A stretch of DNA of 42,230 nucleotides, from positions 1 to 42,230 of IMG/VR virus record IMGVR_UViG_3300020045_003820, one strand, 5' to 3'. The translations under genes were made by a program, and so were the position numbers. Source of the stretch: a virus (Duplodnaviria > Caudoviricetes). Shown in pieces: positions 18,255-26,819 of the stretch. How positions within the stretch are numbered: position 1 is the stretch's first letter; each line of letters opens with the position of its first letter. The notes below the pieces were generated by a model. It made no database searches. It was given only the letters and a program-made list of their open reading frames with translations, and had not been told where the DNA came from.

Positions 18255-19193
18255 TTGAATACCATCGATACCGTAAATTACTATCCGAATCTTTTGATCA
18301 TGCAATACCGATCGAAAGATAAAGCCTATGCGACGATGCGCGCTTGGGCGGCGGCCGGCCTCATGCTACAGGTGTCAACGCAGGTCATTACCTTTTCCCT
18401 GACACCTACATCGGGTAGCGTTGTTTTTAGTTATGCCGACGAGGCGATTGCATCGCTCGGATTTGCGGCGACGGCGGGTAACTTTCAAACCGCTCTTCGG
18501 GCGATAGACGGGCTCGAAGATGTAACAGTCACTGGGTCTTTTGCCGACGGGTTTACCGTGATCTTTGTAGGCGTTCCGGCGCCCGCTGATCTTATCGAAG
18601 TGGTATCGACTACCCTTACGGCCGCCGGGCCTACGGTAGTTTCCATTTTGATCGAGGAAACGGATAAGACCCTACCCCTTGCCGTCCAGGACGGTTACAA
18701 CTTATCGGGTAGCAATCTGGCGACCGGCGCGCAGCTCGATAAGATCGCAAAATACGCAGGTGTCACGCGTTCGGGTTTAGGTTTTGACGCACCGATTACG
18801 CTTAACGATACCGACTTCCTACAACTCATTCGCATGTCGATTGTAAAGAATAATTCGGGTAGCTCGCTCGGCGATATTCAGACGCTTTTATCGACGTTTT
18901 TCCCTGGCCAGGTGACTATCTTTGATACTCAGTCGATGGAAATTTACTATTTCATTTCTTCCGACGTCGGTTCTCAAGAACTGATTCAAATGTTTGTTAC
19001 GCAGGGCCTACTACCAAAGCCTATGGGCGTAAGCCTATCGGTTATCCTATACGTTCCCGATATCGAAAACTTCTTTGGGTTTAGGACTTACGCCTCGGCT
19101 AACCCAAGCGTTAAACCATTCAACTCGTACACCAATTTTGACGCTGATTGGAACTTCCTTTCGTATCACGACGTTTTATCTATTCCGACTTAA
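18255..19193 (+). CDS. Baseplate wedge protein (DUF2612 / gpI-like)
   Basis: YYPNLLIMQY, ATGAQLDKIAKYAGVTR, LNDTDF and LLPKPMGV motifs. Confidence 0.8.
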   Translation: MNTIDTVNYYPNLLIMQYRSKDKAYATMRAWAAAGLMLQVSTQVITFSLTPTSGSVVFSYADEAIASLGFAATAGNFQTALRAIDGLEDVTVTGSFADGFTVIFVGVPAPADLIEVVSTTLTAAGPTVVSILIEETDKTLPLAVQDGYNLSGSNLATGAQLDKIAKYAGVTRSGLGFDAPITLNDTDFLQLIRMSIVKNNSGSSLGDIQTLLSTFFPGQVTIFDTQSMEIYYFISSDVGSQELIQMFVTQGLLPKPMGVSLSVILYVPDIENFFGFRTYASANPSVKPFNSYTNFDADWNFLSYHDVLSIPT

Positions 19194-19211
19194 GCAAAAG
19201 GGGTTTTTGAT

Positions 19212-20633
19212 ATGGTAAGAAAAGCGCGAAAAACGCAATTGCAATTTGGATCTACAGCGGGTTCTCAGGAAATAGCCGAGTTTGGATCGCTTGCCGCCGG
19301 ATCCGCCGCGTACAGCACTAACCCTACCAATATTCAATCGCGCGCCCAATTCTTACAGGGGTGGGTAGCGGCGGCCGTAGGCTCGTCGCCAGCGATCGAG
19401 GATGAAAACGCCCTTCACTTTCTTTGGGCCTACCAGCTTTTCTATCTTCTCGAGACGGGCATACCTGAGTGGGATGCTGGCACCACCTATTACGTCGGCG
19501 ACGTGGTGTCATCCGGTGATCAATATGGGCGAATATATGTTTCAGTAGCCGACGGTCAAACTAACCACGCCGTGACCGACGCCGCCTATTGGAGACTTCA
19601 ATCAGGCCAGCCCGCTACCACCATAACGAGTGGGAAAACGCTCGCCGCGGCCGACAACGGAACGATCATACCGTGCAATACGTCGGGCGGCGCTTTCAGT
19701 ATAACGCTGGTTTTAGGCGGGGCACCGAAAGGCTATTTCTTTACGATCAAAGACGTCAACGGCACCTTCGGGTCAAATCCGGTTTCGATCGTGCGTATCG
19801 CATCGGAAACGATCGAAGGCGTAGCGGCGACCTACGTTTGCAACAAACCAAACCGCGCTTACACGTTCTATTCGGACGGGACGAATTGGTGGGTTAAGGC
19901 TACATCTTTCGATACGAAACCGGGCGTAGGTGATTTCATAGGTGAGGCCGGGGCGGTAACGGTGGGCACGTCCGCCACCGGTTTAAACGTTGTAGGTAAC
20001 ACGGCAAGCCGCTACGCCTCGTACGTTCAACAAAAGATCACGGCCGCCGGTACCAGTTTTGGGCAACGCACCATCGGCGGATCGAACGCGAGTGATTATT
20101 GCTCGCTATTCACGACGGCCGCCGGAAGTGATATCGCCGGAATGCGCGGCGATAAAATTCTCGAAATGATCGGCGGTGGTATTAAGTTCCCCGCAACGCA
20201 GGTGTCGAGCGCGGATGCGAATACACTTGACGATTATGAAGAGGGTGGGTTTACACCTTCTATTTCATATCCAACGCCGGGTACTTCTAGTTTTGGTTTC
20301 GCTATTCGTGACGCGGCATACGTTAAAATTGGTCGATACGTTTTCGTCAGCGGGGTTATCGTTCTCAATGCTTTTACGAAAGGCTCGGCCGCTGGTACAC
20401 TTCGCATAACCGGCTTACCTTTTGCAAACTCAGGTGGTGTAGCGAATATCGTTATCTCAAGTATTTCACTGGTAAACTGGACGTTCTCAGTCGTTCCCCA
20501 AGCGAGCCTTGGGCCAAGTGCCACAACCCTTGATTTAATTGTGCAGCAATCAGGCGGGGCCGTTTCAAATATAAACGATCCGGCGTCAAACTCTTCGATC
20601 TATTTCAACTGTTATTATCTGGCAGCGTCTTAA
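19212..20633 (+). CDS. Tail fibre / receptor-binding protein
   Basis: GIPEWDAGTTY anchor region, YSDGTNW module, C-terminal ANTLDDYEEG.FTP...YVKIGRYV...ITGLPF tip domain. Confidence 0.85.
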   Translation: MVRKARKTQLQFGSTAGSQEIAEFGSLAAGSAAYSTNPTNIQSRAQFLQGWVAAAVGSSPAIEDENALHFLWAYQLFYLLETGIPEWDAGTTYYVGDVVSSGDQYGRIYVSVADGQTNHAVTDAAYWRLQSGQPATTITSGKTLAAADNGTIIPCNTSGGAFSITLVLGGAPKGYFFTIKDVNGTFGSNPVSIVRIASETIEGVAATYVCNKPNRAYTFYSDGTNWWVKATSFDTKPGVGDFIGEAGAVTVGTSATGLNVVGNTASRYASYVQQKITAAGTSFGQRTIGGSNASDYCSLFTTAAGSDIAGMRGDKILEMIGGGIKFPATQVSSADANTLDDYEEGGFTPSISYPTPGTSSFGFAIRDAAYVKIGRYVFVSGVIVLNAFTKGSAAGTLRITGLPFANSGGVANIVISSISLVNWTFSVVPQASLGPSATTLDLIVQQSGGAVSNINDPASNSSIYFNCYYLAAS

Positions 20634-20650
20634 CATAAAGGAAAAAACAG

Positions 20651-21106
20651 ATGGCGGTTTTTACGGAAGAAACAAAAGTAAGTCAGATAGAAATTCTTGC
20701 AAGCGGACGCATTCAGTTCCGCGAAGACACTCAACTATATAAAGACGGCGTTCCACTCGGAAACCCCACCCTACATCGATCGGCCGTCGATGTAGGCTAC
20801 CTAAACGAATCGGACGAACTCGTACTTTACCCGATTGATTATGGTGTCACTAAAGGATTGAATACGACCCTCGATCTACCAAAATTATTGGAGGCCGTCC
20901 GTACACCTGCAGTGCAAACCGCGTGGAAACAAAAGCTACTTGCTGATAAAGCCGATGCTATAGAAAAGCAAAAGCTACAGGATCAAGTAAATGCCGAACT
21001 GAAAAAAGCCGACGAAGAAAAAGCGCGAGCTGAGGCCAAAGCAAAGGCCGAGGAAGAAAATCGCATAGCGGAACTCGTCGCGCAAAAGATGCAAACGCCT
21101 GGGTAA
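20651..21106 (+). CDS. Tail fibre-associated protein with a C-terminal coiled coil
   Basis: Follows the fibre gene; AAGGA RBS; charged helical tail. Confidence 0.5.
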   Translation: MAVFTEETKVSQIEILASGRIQFREDTQLYKDGVPLGNPTLHRSAVDVGYLNESDELVLYPIDYGVTKGLNTTLDLPKLLEAVRTPAVQTAWKQKLLADKADAIEKQKLQDQVNAELKKADEEKARAEAKAKAEEENRIAELVAQKMQTPG

Positions 21107-21168
21107 TTTCTTCCCGTTTACTCCGATGGTGTCATCGCCGATAATTGACACCATACGGAGCTACATCT

Positions 21169-21687
21169 ATGCCTAGTCCTGAAACCATCGAAGCCATTGG
21201 GCGTGCGATAGCCTCGGTTATCGCCGCCCTTGCTACGTTTATCGTAGCGATCACGGGCGCCGGTCGGTTCTTCCTAAACTGGCAAAGAAAACAAAAAAGA
21301 TTCAAACATTCACAGAGAAGGACGGCTATGTTTTTTACGCCTCAAGGCTACGGCGAGCCTGAAAAATGCACTTGCGGACCTCATGATAGCGGCCCCTATG
21401 ATATCGTGCCGGATAAGCTTTGGGGGCTTTCAATAAAGCGCGCGTGCTGCGTTCACGATTGGATGTACGTCAACGGTCAAACTCAAAGAGATAAAGAATT
21501 TGCCGACCGAATGTTTCTTGAAAACATGCTGGTACTGATCGAAGAATCGAAACCAAATCGTTTCATGCGTTGGATCCGCCGCAAATCGGCCTGGACGTAT
21601 TACGAGGCTGTACACCGTTTTGGTGGTCTGGTATTTTGGAATAAACAAAAAACCGAGTACCAGCACGTAGTATTAAAGGGGGCGTAA
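21169..21687 (+). CDS. Membrane-anchored phospholipase A2-like protein (second in-frame start at 21328)
   Basis: N-terminal hydrophobic helix; CGP...ACCVHDWMY...ADRMF PLA2-like His-Asp motif; GGAG RBS. Confidence 0.6.
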   Translation: MPSPETIEAIGRAIASVIAALATFIVAITGAGRFFLNWQRKQKRFKHSQRRTAMFFTPQGYGEPEKCTCGPHDSGPYDIVPDKLWGLSIKRACCVHDWMYVNGQTQRDKEFADRMFLENMLVLIEESKPNRFMRWIRRKSAWTYYEAVHRFGGLVFWNKQKTEYQHVVLKGA

Positions 21688-22295
21688 TGCCGGCTGACGC
21701 GTCTATCGAAACGGGAATAAGACGCGGAGCGAATACCGACCTTCACGACGATTTCTTCCTCGGTGCCCTTACCTACACCCTTCAAAATGAAATTGGATCC
21801 GATTGGGCCCGCGGCGGTTTTAGCGCGAATCCTAACGATAGCGGCGGCGCTACAAAATGGGGTGTCACGGCTAAAACGCTCGGGGAATATCGAGGCGTGG
21901 AAGTGAGTGAAGGCGACGTTCGGGCCCTGACGATCGAAGAGGCTCGCGAGGTATACCTAGATCTTTTCTGGGATCACCTCGGACTTTCGTCGGTGAATCA
22001 TCCGGGAATAGCTACAGCGGTTTTTGACGCATCGGTTTTATTCGGGGTATACTTGGTAGGACGCCTTTGTCAAAAAGCTATTAAAAGTTCGGGGTTTGAA
22101 AGTCTCGTCATTGACGGCATAATCGGGCCCCGGACAATTGAGGCTATGAATCACGTTCGTATTGCCCGGTGGAATGAAGAGTTTAGGTGTCTACTGCAGA
22201 ATCGAATCAGTTCTATCATCGAGCAATATCCTAAAAATATCGAATACGAAAAGGGCTGGCGCGCCCGCGTCGAGCGCCTTAAATCACTTGTTTAA
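21687..22295 (+). CDS. Endolysin, glycoside hydrolase 108-like with a peptidoglycan-binding region
   Basis: GGFSANPNDSGGATKWGVT, VFDASV, DGIIGPRT and KGWRARV motifs. Confidence 0.88.
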   Translation: MPADASIETGIRRGANTDLHDDFFLGALTYTLQNEIGSDWARGGFSANPNDSGGATKWGVTAKTLGEYRGVEVSEGDVRALTIEEAREVYLDLFWDHLGLSSVNHPGIATAVFDASVLFGVYLVGRLCQKAIKSSGFESLVIDGIIGPRTIEAMNHVRIARWNEEFRCLLQNRISSIIEQYPKNIEYEKGWRARVERLKSLV

Positions 22296-23147
22296 AGCCT
22301 CATTCCAAAGGCCGGCCGCCACCTTCAAACCGTCACCATTGAAATGACAATTAATTTCGTCGCGAAGTTCCGGGCCGAGCACGTCGGTATCGGGGCCGAG
22401 GCGGATATCAAGGCCAGCGTCTACCGAGCGCGTGATAGCGTCGCGGATTTCCGCCGAAGGGCCTCGCGTTTCGCATACTGTAGAAAACGCGGCGTAGAAT
22501 GGTGACGATATGTTTTCGCCCCTCAAGGCCGAGACGATCGTAGTAAGGTGCCCGTAATATTCATCGCTCGTCGTCGGACGAAGTGTCCCTGCGTTATTCG
22601 CCTCGCCTTGGGCCCAAAGAATTGCAGTCGGTGTCATGCCCAAGTCTCGCATTGATTTTGCAGTTTCCATAAGAGACGTAAGCCAACGGCCGCCCGCTGA
22701 CCAATCCTGAATCGGGCTACCACCGACCGCGATATTGATCAAAATAATTTGATCAGTTTTTCCCGATGCAATTCTTTCGTCAGCGAAGAAATTCCAAACC
22801 GATCCGCCTACGCCACCGTTATGACTTTTTACCCAAGGCATAGCATCTTTCGATGTAAAACAATTGATCGCATCTTCACTCATAAGAACGCGATCACTAT
22901 ATGCCGTGCGCGAAAGATATGGTGCGAAAAAACCAGCATTCGATTGGCCAGCGATAAGATATATTTCACGACGCTCAAATTTATTCAGTTCCGCGCAAGT
23001 TCCCGACACCTCAACGGCCGAGGTCTCAGGCGGGGTATGGACGATCGCCGCTGACTCTTCTACGACGGCCGGGGCGGCGTCGGTTGCCGAGTCATCCGAC
23101 GAGCAACCATACGCGAGGAATGAAAGAGCGAGTAAGAGGTGTTTCAT
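22284..23147 (-). CDS. SGNH hydrolase (sialate O-acetylesterase/SASA-like) lipoprotein; start ATG 23147
   Basis: MKHLLLALSFLAYGC lipobox; IAGQSNA, AVGGS, WAQGEAN and terminal D...HF catalytic blocks. Confidence 0.85.
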   Translation of the reverse strand: MKHLLLALSFLAYGCSSDDSATDAAPAVVEESAAIVHTPPETSAVEVSGTCAELNKFERREIYLIAGQSNAGFFAPYLSRTAYSDRVLMSEDAINCFTSKDAMPWVKSHNGGVGGSVWNFFADERIASGKTDQIILINIAVGGSPIQDWSAGGRWLTSLMETAKSMRDLGMTPTAILWAQGEANNAGTLRPTTSDEYYGHLTTIVSALRGENISSPFYAAFSTVCETRGPSAEIRDAITRSVDAGLDIRLGPDTDVLGPELRDEINCHFNGDGLKVAAGLWNEALNK

Positions 23148-23227
23148 AGTGGTTTTTCCCTTTGTTTTTATCTCATTCACAAAATACTTATCGGAGTATA
23201 TCAAAGGGAACTTGAGCGAAAAGAGCA

Positions 23228-25300
23228 TTATTTTTTGTACCGGGGGCCCTCAAATCCTTCGACCGCAATGGGTAAGGTTTTCGCCCAATCAGGCCGTATT
23301 TCCATGAGGCGCTTACACTCTTTGAAGGAAAATTGATCTTTACCAAACCCGGGCAATGGTGTCTCGAATACGGCCTCGTCGTGTACCATAAGGATAGTCC
23401 GCCAGCCTTGATCTTCGCAACGCCCGATACTCGACACCATTACGTCCCGCGCGACCGCCTGAGTAATGTTTTCTACCAGCTTGCCCCCGTAGGTCGATTC
23501 AAAGCGCCACTTGCCGCCACGCGTGTTATCCGCGCCCCAGTGGTGAAGTTTCGGGTAAACATTACCCCACTTCTTTTCGTATCGGACTTCGGGCTTATGG
23601 TAGGCCAGGCGCCGGCCGCTCGGAAGTTCGCAAAAAAGGAAATCACCGTCGACGTAGAAAATGTATTTATCGGTCGTGCCGTACATGCGTCCGGGGTTTT
23701 TCACGGCAAGTATCGCGTGGTCTTGAACCTTACGCCAAAGCTTTACGATAAGCGGATGATTACTGCGATAGGTGTCGATCGCCTTTTTAGCGATTTCATC
23801 CGATACCGGCTGACCGAATTGCTCGCATTGTTGCTGAAATCTTTCCCAGCCCATTTGAAAGCCAGCCCCAAGTTCCGAGGTCTTTCCGACGAAACGCGGG
23901 TAAGAATCTTTCCCAAGCGCGATCACGTCCGCCACGCTCATATTGAAGATCGACGCGCCAGCCTCTTCATAGATCGGTTGTTTAGCGGCGAATCGCTCAA
24001 GGTATTCCTCGTCATCGGCAAGCCAGTTTACAACGCGCGCCTCGATTTGAGCGAAGTCGAGCACCTGCAAACGGTGGTCTTTTTTCGCGACGATCGTACT
24101 TCGGACACAACCGCCGAGCACCTGCAGTGGATCACCCCAAAGAAGTCGCAACATTTCGGTGTCGCCCGTCGACGCGATTTCGGCCGCCAGAGCTTGCTGG
24201 CCTAAAAGCCAGATAGGCGGCTTTGATAGGTTTTGCGGCTGTACCCCGTTGGCTGACCATCGGCCGGTACTGGCACCATGATAGTTTAGGCCGCCGCGCA
24301 CGCGGCCCGTAGATCGACTCATGCGCTCGAATACCGCGTACTTTGCAAGTGAGGTAAGTCCTACCGATTGCCGAGCCTTAAGCACGCGCAGGGCCACGCT
24401 ATCGAGGTCTAAGGTGCCGGCCGATATCGCATCTTCCACGGTTTTCTTTTGGAGGTTCGGCAAATAGACGCCTTCCTCTTCGAGAAGTTTCCGGACGGCC
24501 GCGACCTGGGTAAGCGAGACGACTTGACCACCGGTATCAAATAGGGCTTTGTTATTGAGTTCGTTCTTTTCTACTTCGGTGATTTCGCTTGCCGCAATTG
24601 CAAGTTTTCGGTCGACTTCATAACCCCGGAAATTGATGCGCTGATCGAGACACCATACCGCTTGCTCTTCGTCGGGGAGCATGGGTAGCGTCGTGAAAAG
24701 TTCCACCTCGGATCCGATATCGGTTTCGCAATACTCGAGTAGACGCATGAAATCAGTATGATCATCGTGACGAGTCGCCGGATCGTCTTTGGTAGGTTTG
24801 CGCGGTTTCATGAATTTCTTTAAGATTGCCGCGCCTTCCATATCCTTTTTCGTTGTCAAATCAAGGGCTTCCCCAATGTACTCGAGTCGACGCGGAAACC
24901 CGTAGGATTGTGCCTGGGCAATTGTGCATCGCCAGCGTTCCGGATCGCGAACGGCGTCCATGATCTTCTTTTTCATCGAGTACATATCTTTTCGAGCAAA
25001 AACATTGCGCGTGATGCATTGCTCGAAAAATGCGTTATGGGCTACGAGTACGATATCGGTGTCAAGAATGAGGCTGAGGAAATCGGAAAGCGAATATGGG
25101 CTATCCGAACCAAGTCGCGGCGCCCATATCTTTGTATCTTTCCTCTTTGATTTTTTGAGCTGCTTACGCGTACCCGTCCGCCACGCTACGCAAAGGATTT
25201 CCGTTGAGTCGTGCATCGAGTATTCGTAGGCGCCCACCTTTTTTAGATCAGCCTCGCTATACGTTTCAAAGTCGATAACCGAATAGACTTGGGCACTCAT
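23228..25300 (-). CDS. DNA polymerase family A with 3'-5' exonuclease (APSE-like phage type)
   Basis: DFETYS, AHNAFFE, TGRWS...QPQNL, DFAQIEARV, LVENITQAVARD and VHDE motifs. Confidence 0.95.
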   Translation of the reverse strand: MSAQVYSVIDFETYSEADLKKVGAYEYSMHDSTEILCVAWRTGTRKQLKKSKRKDTKIWAPRLGSDSPYSLSDFLSLILDTDIVLVAHNAFFEQCITRNVFARKDMYSMKKKIMDAVRDPERWRCTIAQAQSYGFPRRLEYIGEALDLTTKKDMEGAAILKKFMKPRKPTKDDPATRHDDHTDFMRLLEYCETDIGSEVELFTTLPMLPDEEQAVWCLDQRINFRGYEVDRKLAIAASEITEVEKNELNNKALFDTGGQVVSLTQVAAVRKLLEEEGVYLPNLQKKTVEDAISAGTLDLDSVALRVLKARQSVGLTSLAKYAVFERMSRSTGRVRGGLNYHGASTGRWSANGVQPQNLSKPPIWLLGQQALAAEIASTGDTEMLRLLWGDPLQVLGGCVRSTIVAKKDHRLQVLDFAQIEARVVNWLADDEEYLERFAAKQPIYEEAGASIFNMSVADVIALGKDSYPRFVGKTSELGAGFQMGWERFQQQCEQFGQPVSDEIAKKAIDTYRSNHPLIVKLWRKVQDHAILAVKNPGRMYGTTDKYIFYVDGDFLFCELPSGRRLAYHKPEVRYEKKWGNVYPKLHHWGADNTRGGKWRFESTYGGKLVENITQAVARDVMVSSIGRCEDQGWRTILMVHDEAVFETPLPGFGKDQFSFKECKRLMEIRPDWAKTLPIAVEGFEGPRYKK

Positions 25301-25968
25301 TGCATGACACCTCTATACTCGCTATCGATGAAAAAGCAGTTCTCACCCATACGGCAATAGAAAAAATAGCCTTGCTTTGATAGCGTTTCGGTAGCAAGCG
25401 TCCTATCGGGTTTCCGAACTTCTACCACGATAAGCTTTGGGCGTGACTTCGAGAAATCCGCTTGCGCGAGTACGTCCAGGTCAAGGCCCTCGATATCTAT
25501 ATTCAGAAAATCAGGAAAGGCGCCGCCGCAATAAGTGTCGACTACCTGATTGAGCGTTATGCAATCAATTTGTTTTTCCTCGGTACATATCCGAAGGCCC
25601 CTACCGCCTGGCCAGTTCGTTTGAGCTGAGTCATGGGAAAAGGTATTAAGCCCGCTCAGGCTATCGAGCATATAAAATGTAGCCCGGCCCGCTACGGGGC
25701 TGACGCCTACGTTTAAAAACATATCGCGAGGCCGATGCTTTGCGAATAAGTGGGTGACGTTCGGGTTTGCGTCAATGCTAACGCCGATCGATCCGCGTAG
25801 GTAAAGCGCATAAGTATTCGAAATATTGATCGGGTGGTGCGCGCCTACATCGAGGTAACTCGGTTTATCGATACCCAGTTCTTCAAAGATACTCATAATC
25901 ATAAAGTCGTCGCCGTGCTGCGCATAGCTCACGCCGCCCCAACGCTGATCCGGATGCGATTGATTCAT
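25297..25968 (-). CDS. FkbM-family SAM-dependent methyltransferase
   Basis: SYAQHGDD, YLDVGAHHPINISNT, DANP, FLNIDIEGLD and RPKLIVVE motifs. Confidence 0.88.
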   Translation of the reverse strand: MNQSHPDQRWGGVSYAQHGDDFMIMSIFEELGIDKPSYLDVGAHHPINISNTYALYLRGSIGVSIDANPNVTHLFAKHRPRDMFLNVGVSPVAGRATFYMLDSLSGLNTFSHDSAQTNWPGGRGLRICTEEKQIDCITLNQVVDTYCGGAFPDFLNIDIEGLDLDVLAQADFSKSRPKLIVVEVRKPDRTLATETLSKQGYFFYCRMGENCFFIDSEYRGVMQ

Positions 25969-25982
25969 CGTAGCGCCCTATG

Positions 25983-26002
25983 AAAAAGGCGCCGAAGCGC
26001 CT
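25983..26002 (-). terminator. Rho-independent terminator after the SSB gene
   Basis: Minus strand reads AGGCGC-TTCG-GCGCCT-TTTT, a C(UUCG)G tetraloop hairpin with a U tract. Confidence 0.75.
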
Positions 26003-26019
26003 ATGGTGTCAGTTATCAA

Positions 26020-26814
26020 TCAATCGTCGTCATCGTCTATTGCTGACTTCTTTTTTGATTTCTTCGGTGGCGGCGGCGTGTCGTCATCGTCATCGTCATC
26101 TTTTGGTTTCTTCGATTTCTTCGGTGGTACATAGGTATCATCGTCGTCATCGTCGTCTTTTTTCTTTTTCGATTTTTTAGGCGGCGTATCATCGTCCAAA
26201 TCGTCGTCATCGTCTTTCGGTTTTTTCTTGACGGCACTCGCACCGAAGATTTCATCGGCCGATCGGTTTCCGCCACCACCCATAGGCTCGCCGTCTTCTA
26301 CGAAACGGATTGATTTTAGTTTGAGTAGGACGCCGTTCGATTCGGTATCGTATGCGCAAGCTAAGATTTCCGCCTGACACCAACAACCGTTATAGAAATC
26401 CGTTTTTCTATTGGTGCGCTCGCCGTCGCCGTCAAATATATTGATGACTTCATTTTCTTTAGCCGTAGCCTTTGCGTAGATTGCATCTTCAAAGCCTTCC
26501 CAATCGGGCTTATCGTTCCCCTTGCGTAAAGTCGGATGCTCGAACTCAGGCCAGTCTTCTTTATCAGGGCCCCACTTTTCAATCTTCGCATTCTTGATAA
26601 TGCGCTTTAGTGAGAACTGAGTACCGACGGCCGCCTTACCCAAGTCGGTGTCTTCCGGAAACACCATAGTAATCGAGTATTGCGGATCGCCCGTAGGCTG
26701 GCCTTTTTTATTGGTGCGGGCCTTTGGTTCCCATAGGTTTGCAAACGCGAGGCGGAAGGGGTGGGTGATACAGGTTCTTTCCGCGAATCCAATACCGTGT
26801 TTCTTTTTAGCCAT
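26020..26814 (-). CDS. Single-stranded DNA-binding protein (DUF2815-like) with a long Asp/Lys tail
   Basis: RLAFANLWEP, YSIT, FYNGCW and FVEDGEPMGG motifs; lies between nuclease and polymerase. Confidence 0.85.
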   Translation of the reverse strand: MAKKKHGIGFAERTCITHPFRLAFANLWEPKARTNKKGQPTGDPQYSITMVFPEDTDLGKAAVGTQFSLKRIIKNAKIEKWGPDKEDWPEFEHPTLRKGNDKPDWEGFEDAIYAKATAKENEVINIFDGDGERTNRKTDFYNGCWCQAEILACAYDTESNGVLLKLKSIRFVEDGEPMGGGGNRSADEIFGASAVKKKPKDDDDDLDDDTPPKKSKKKKDDDDDDDTYVPPKKSKKPKDDDDDDDTPPPPKKSKKKSAIDDDDD

Positions 26815-26819
26815 GATAC

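Noticed and set aside
23333-24205. 290-aa + strand ORF
   Set aside because: Entirely antisense to polA, with no recognisable motifs.
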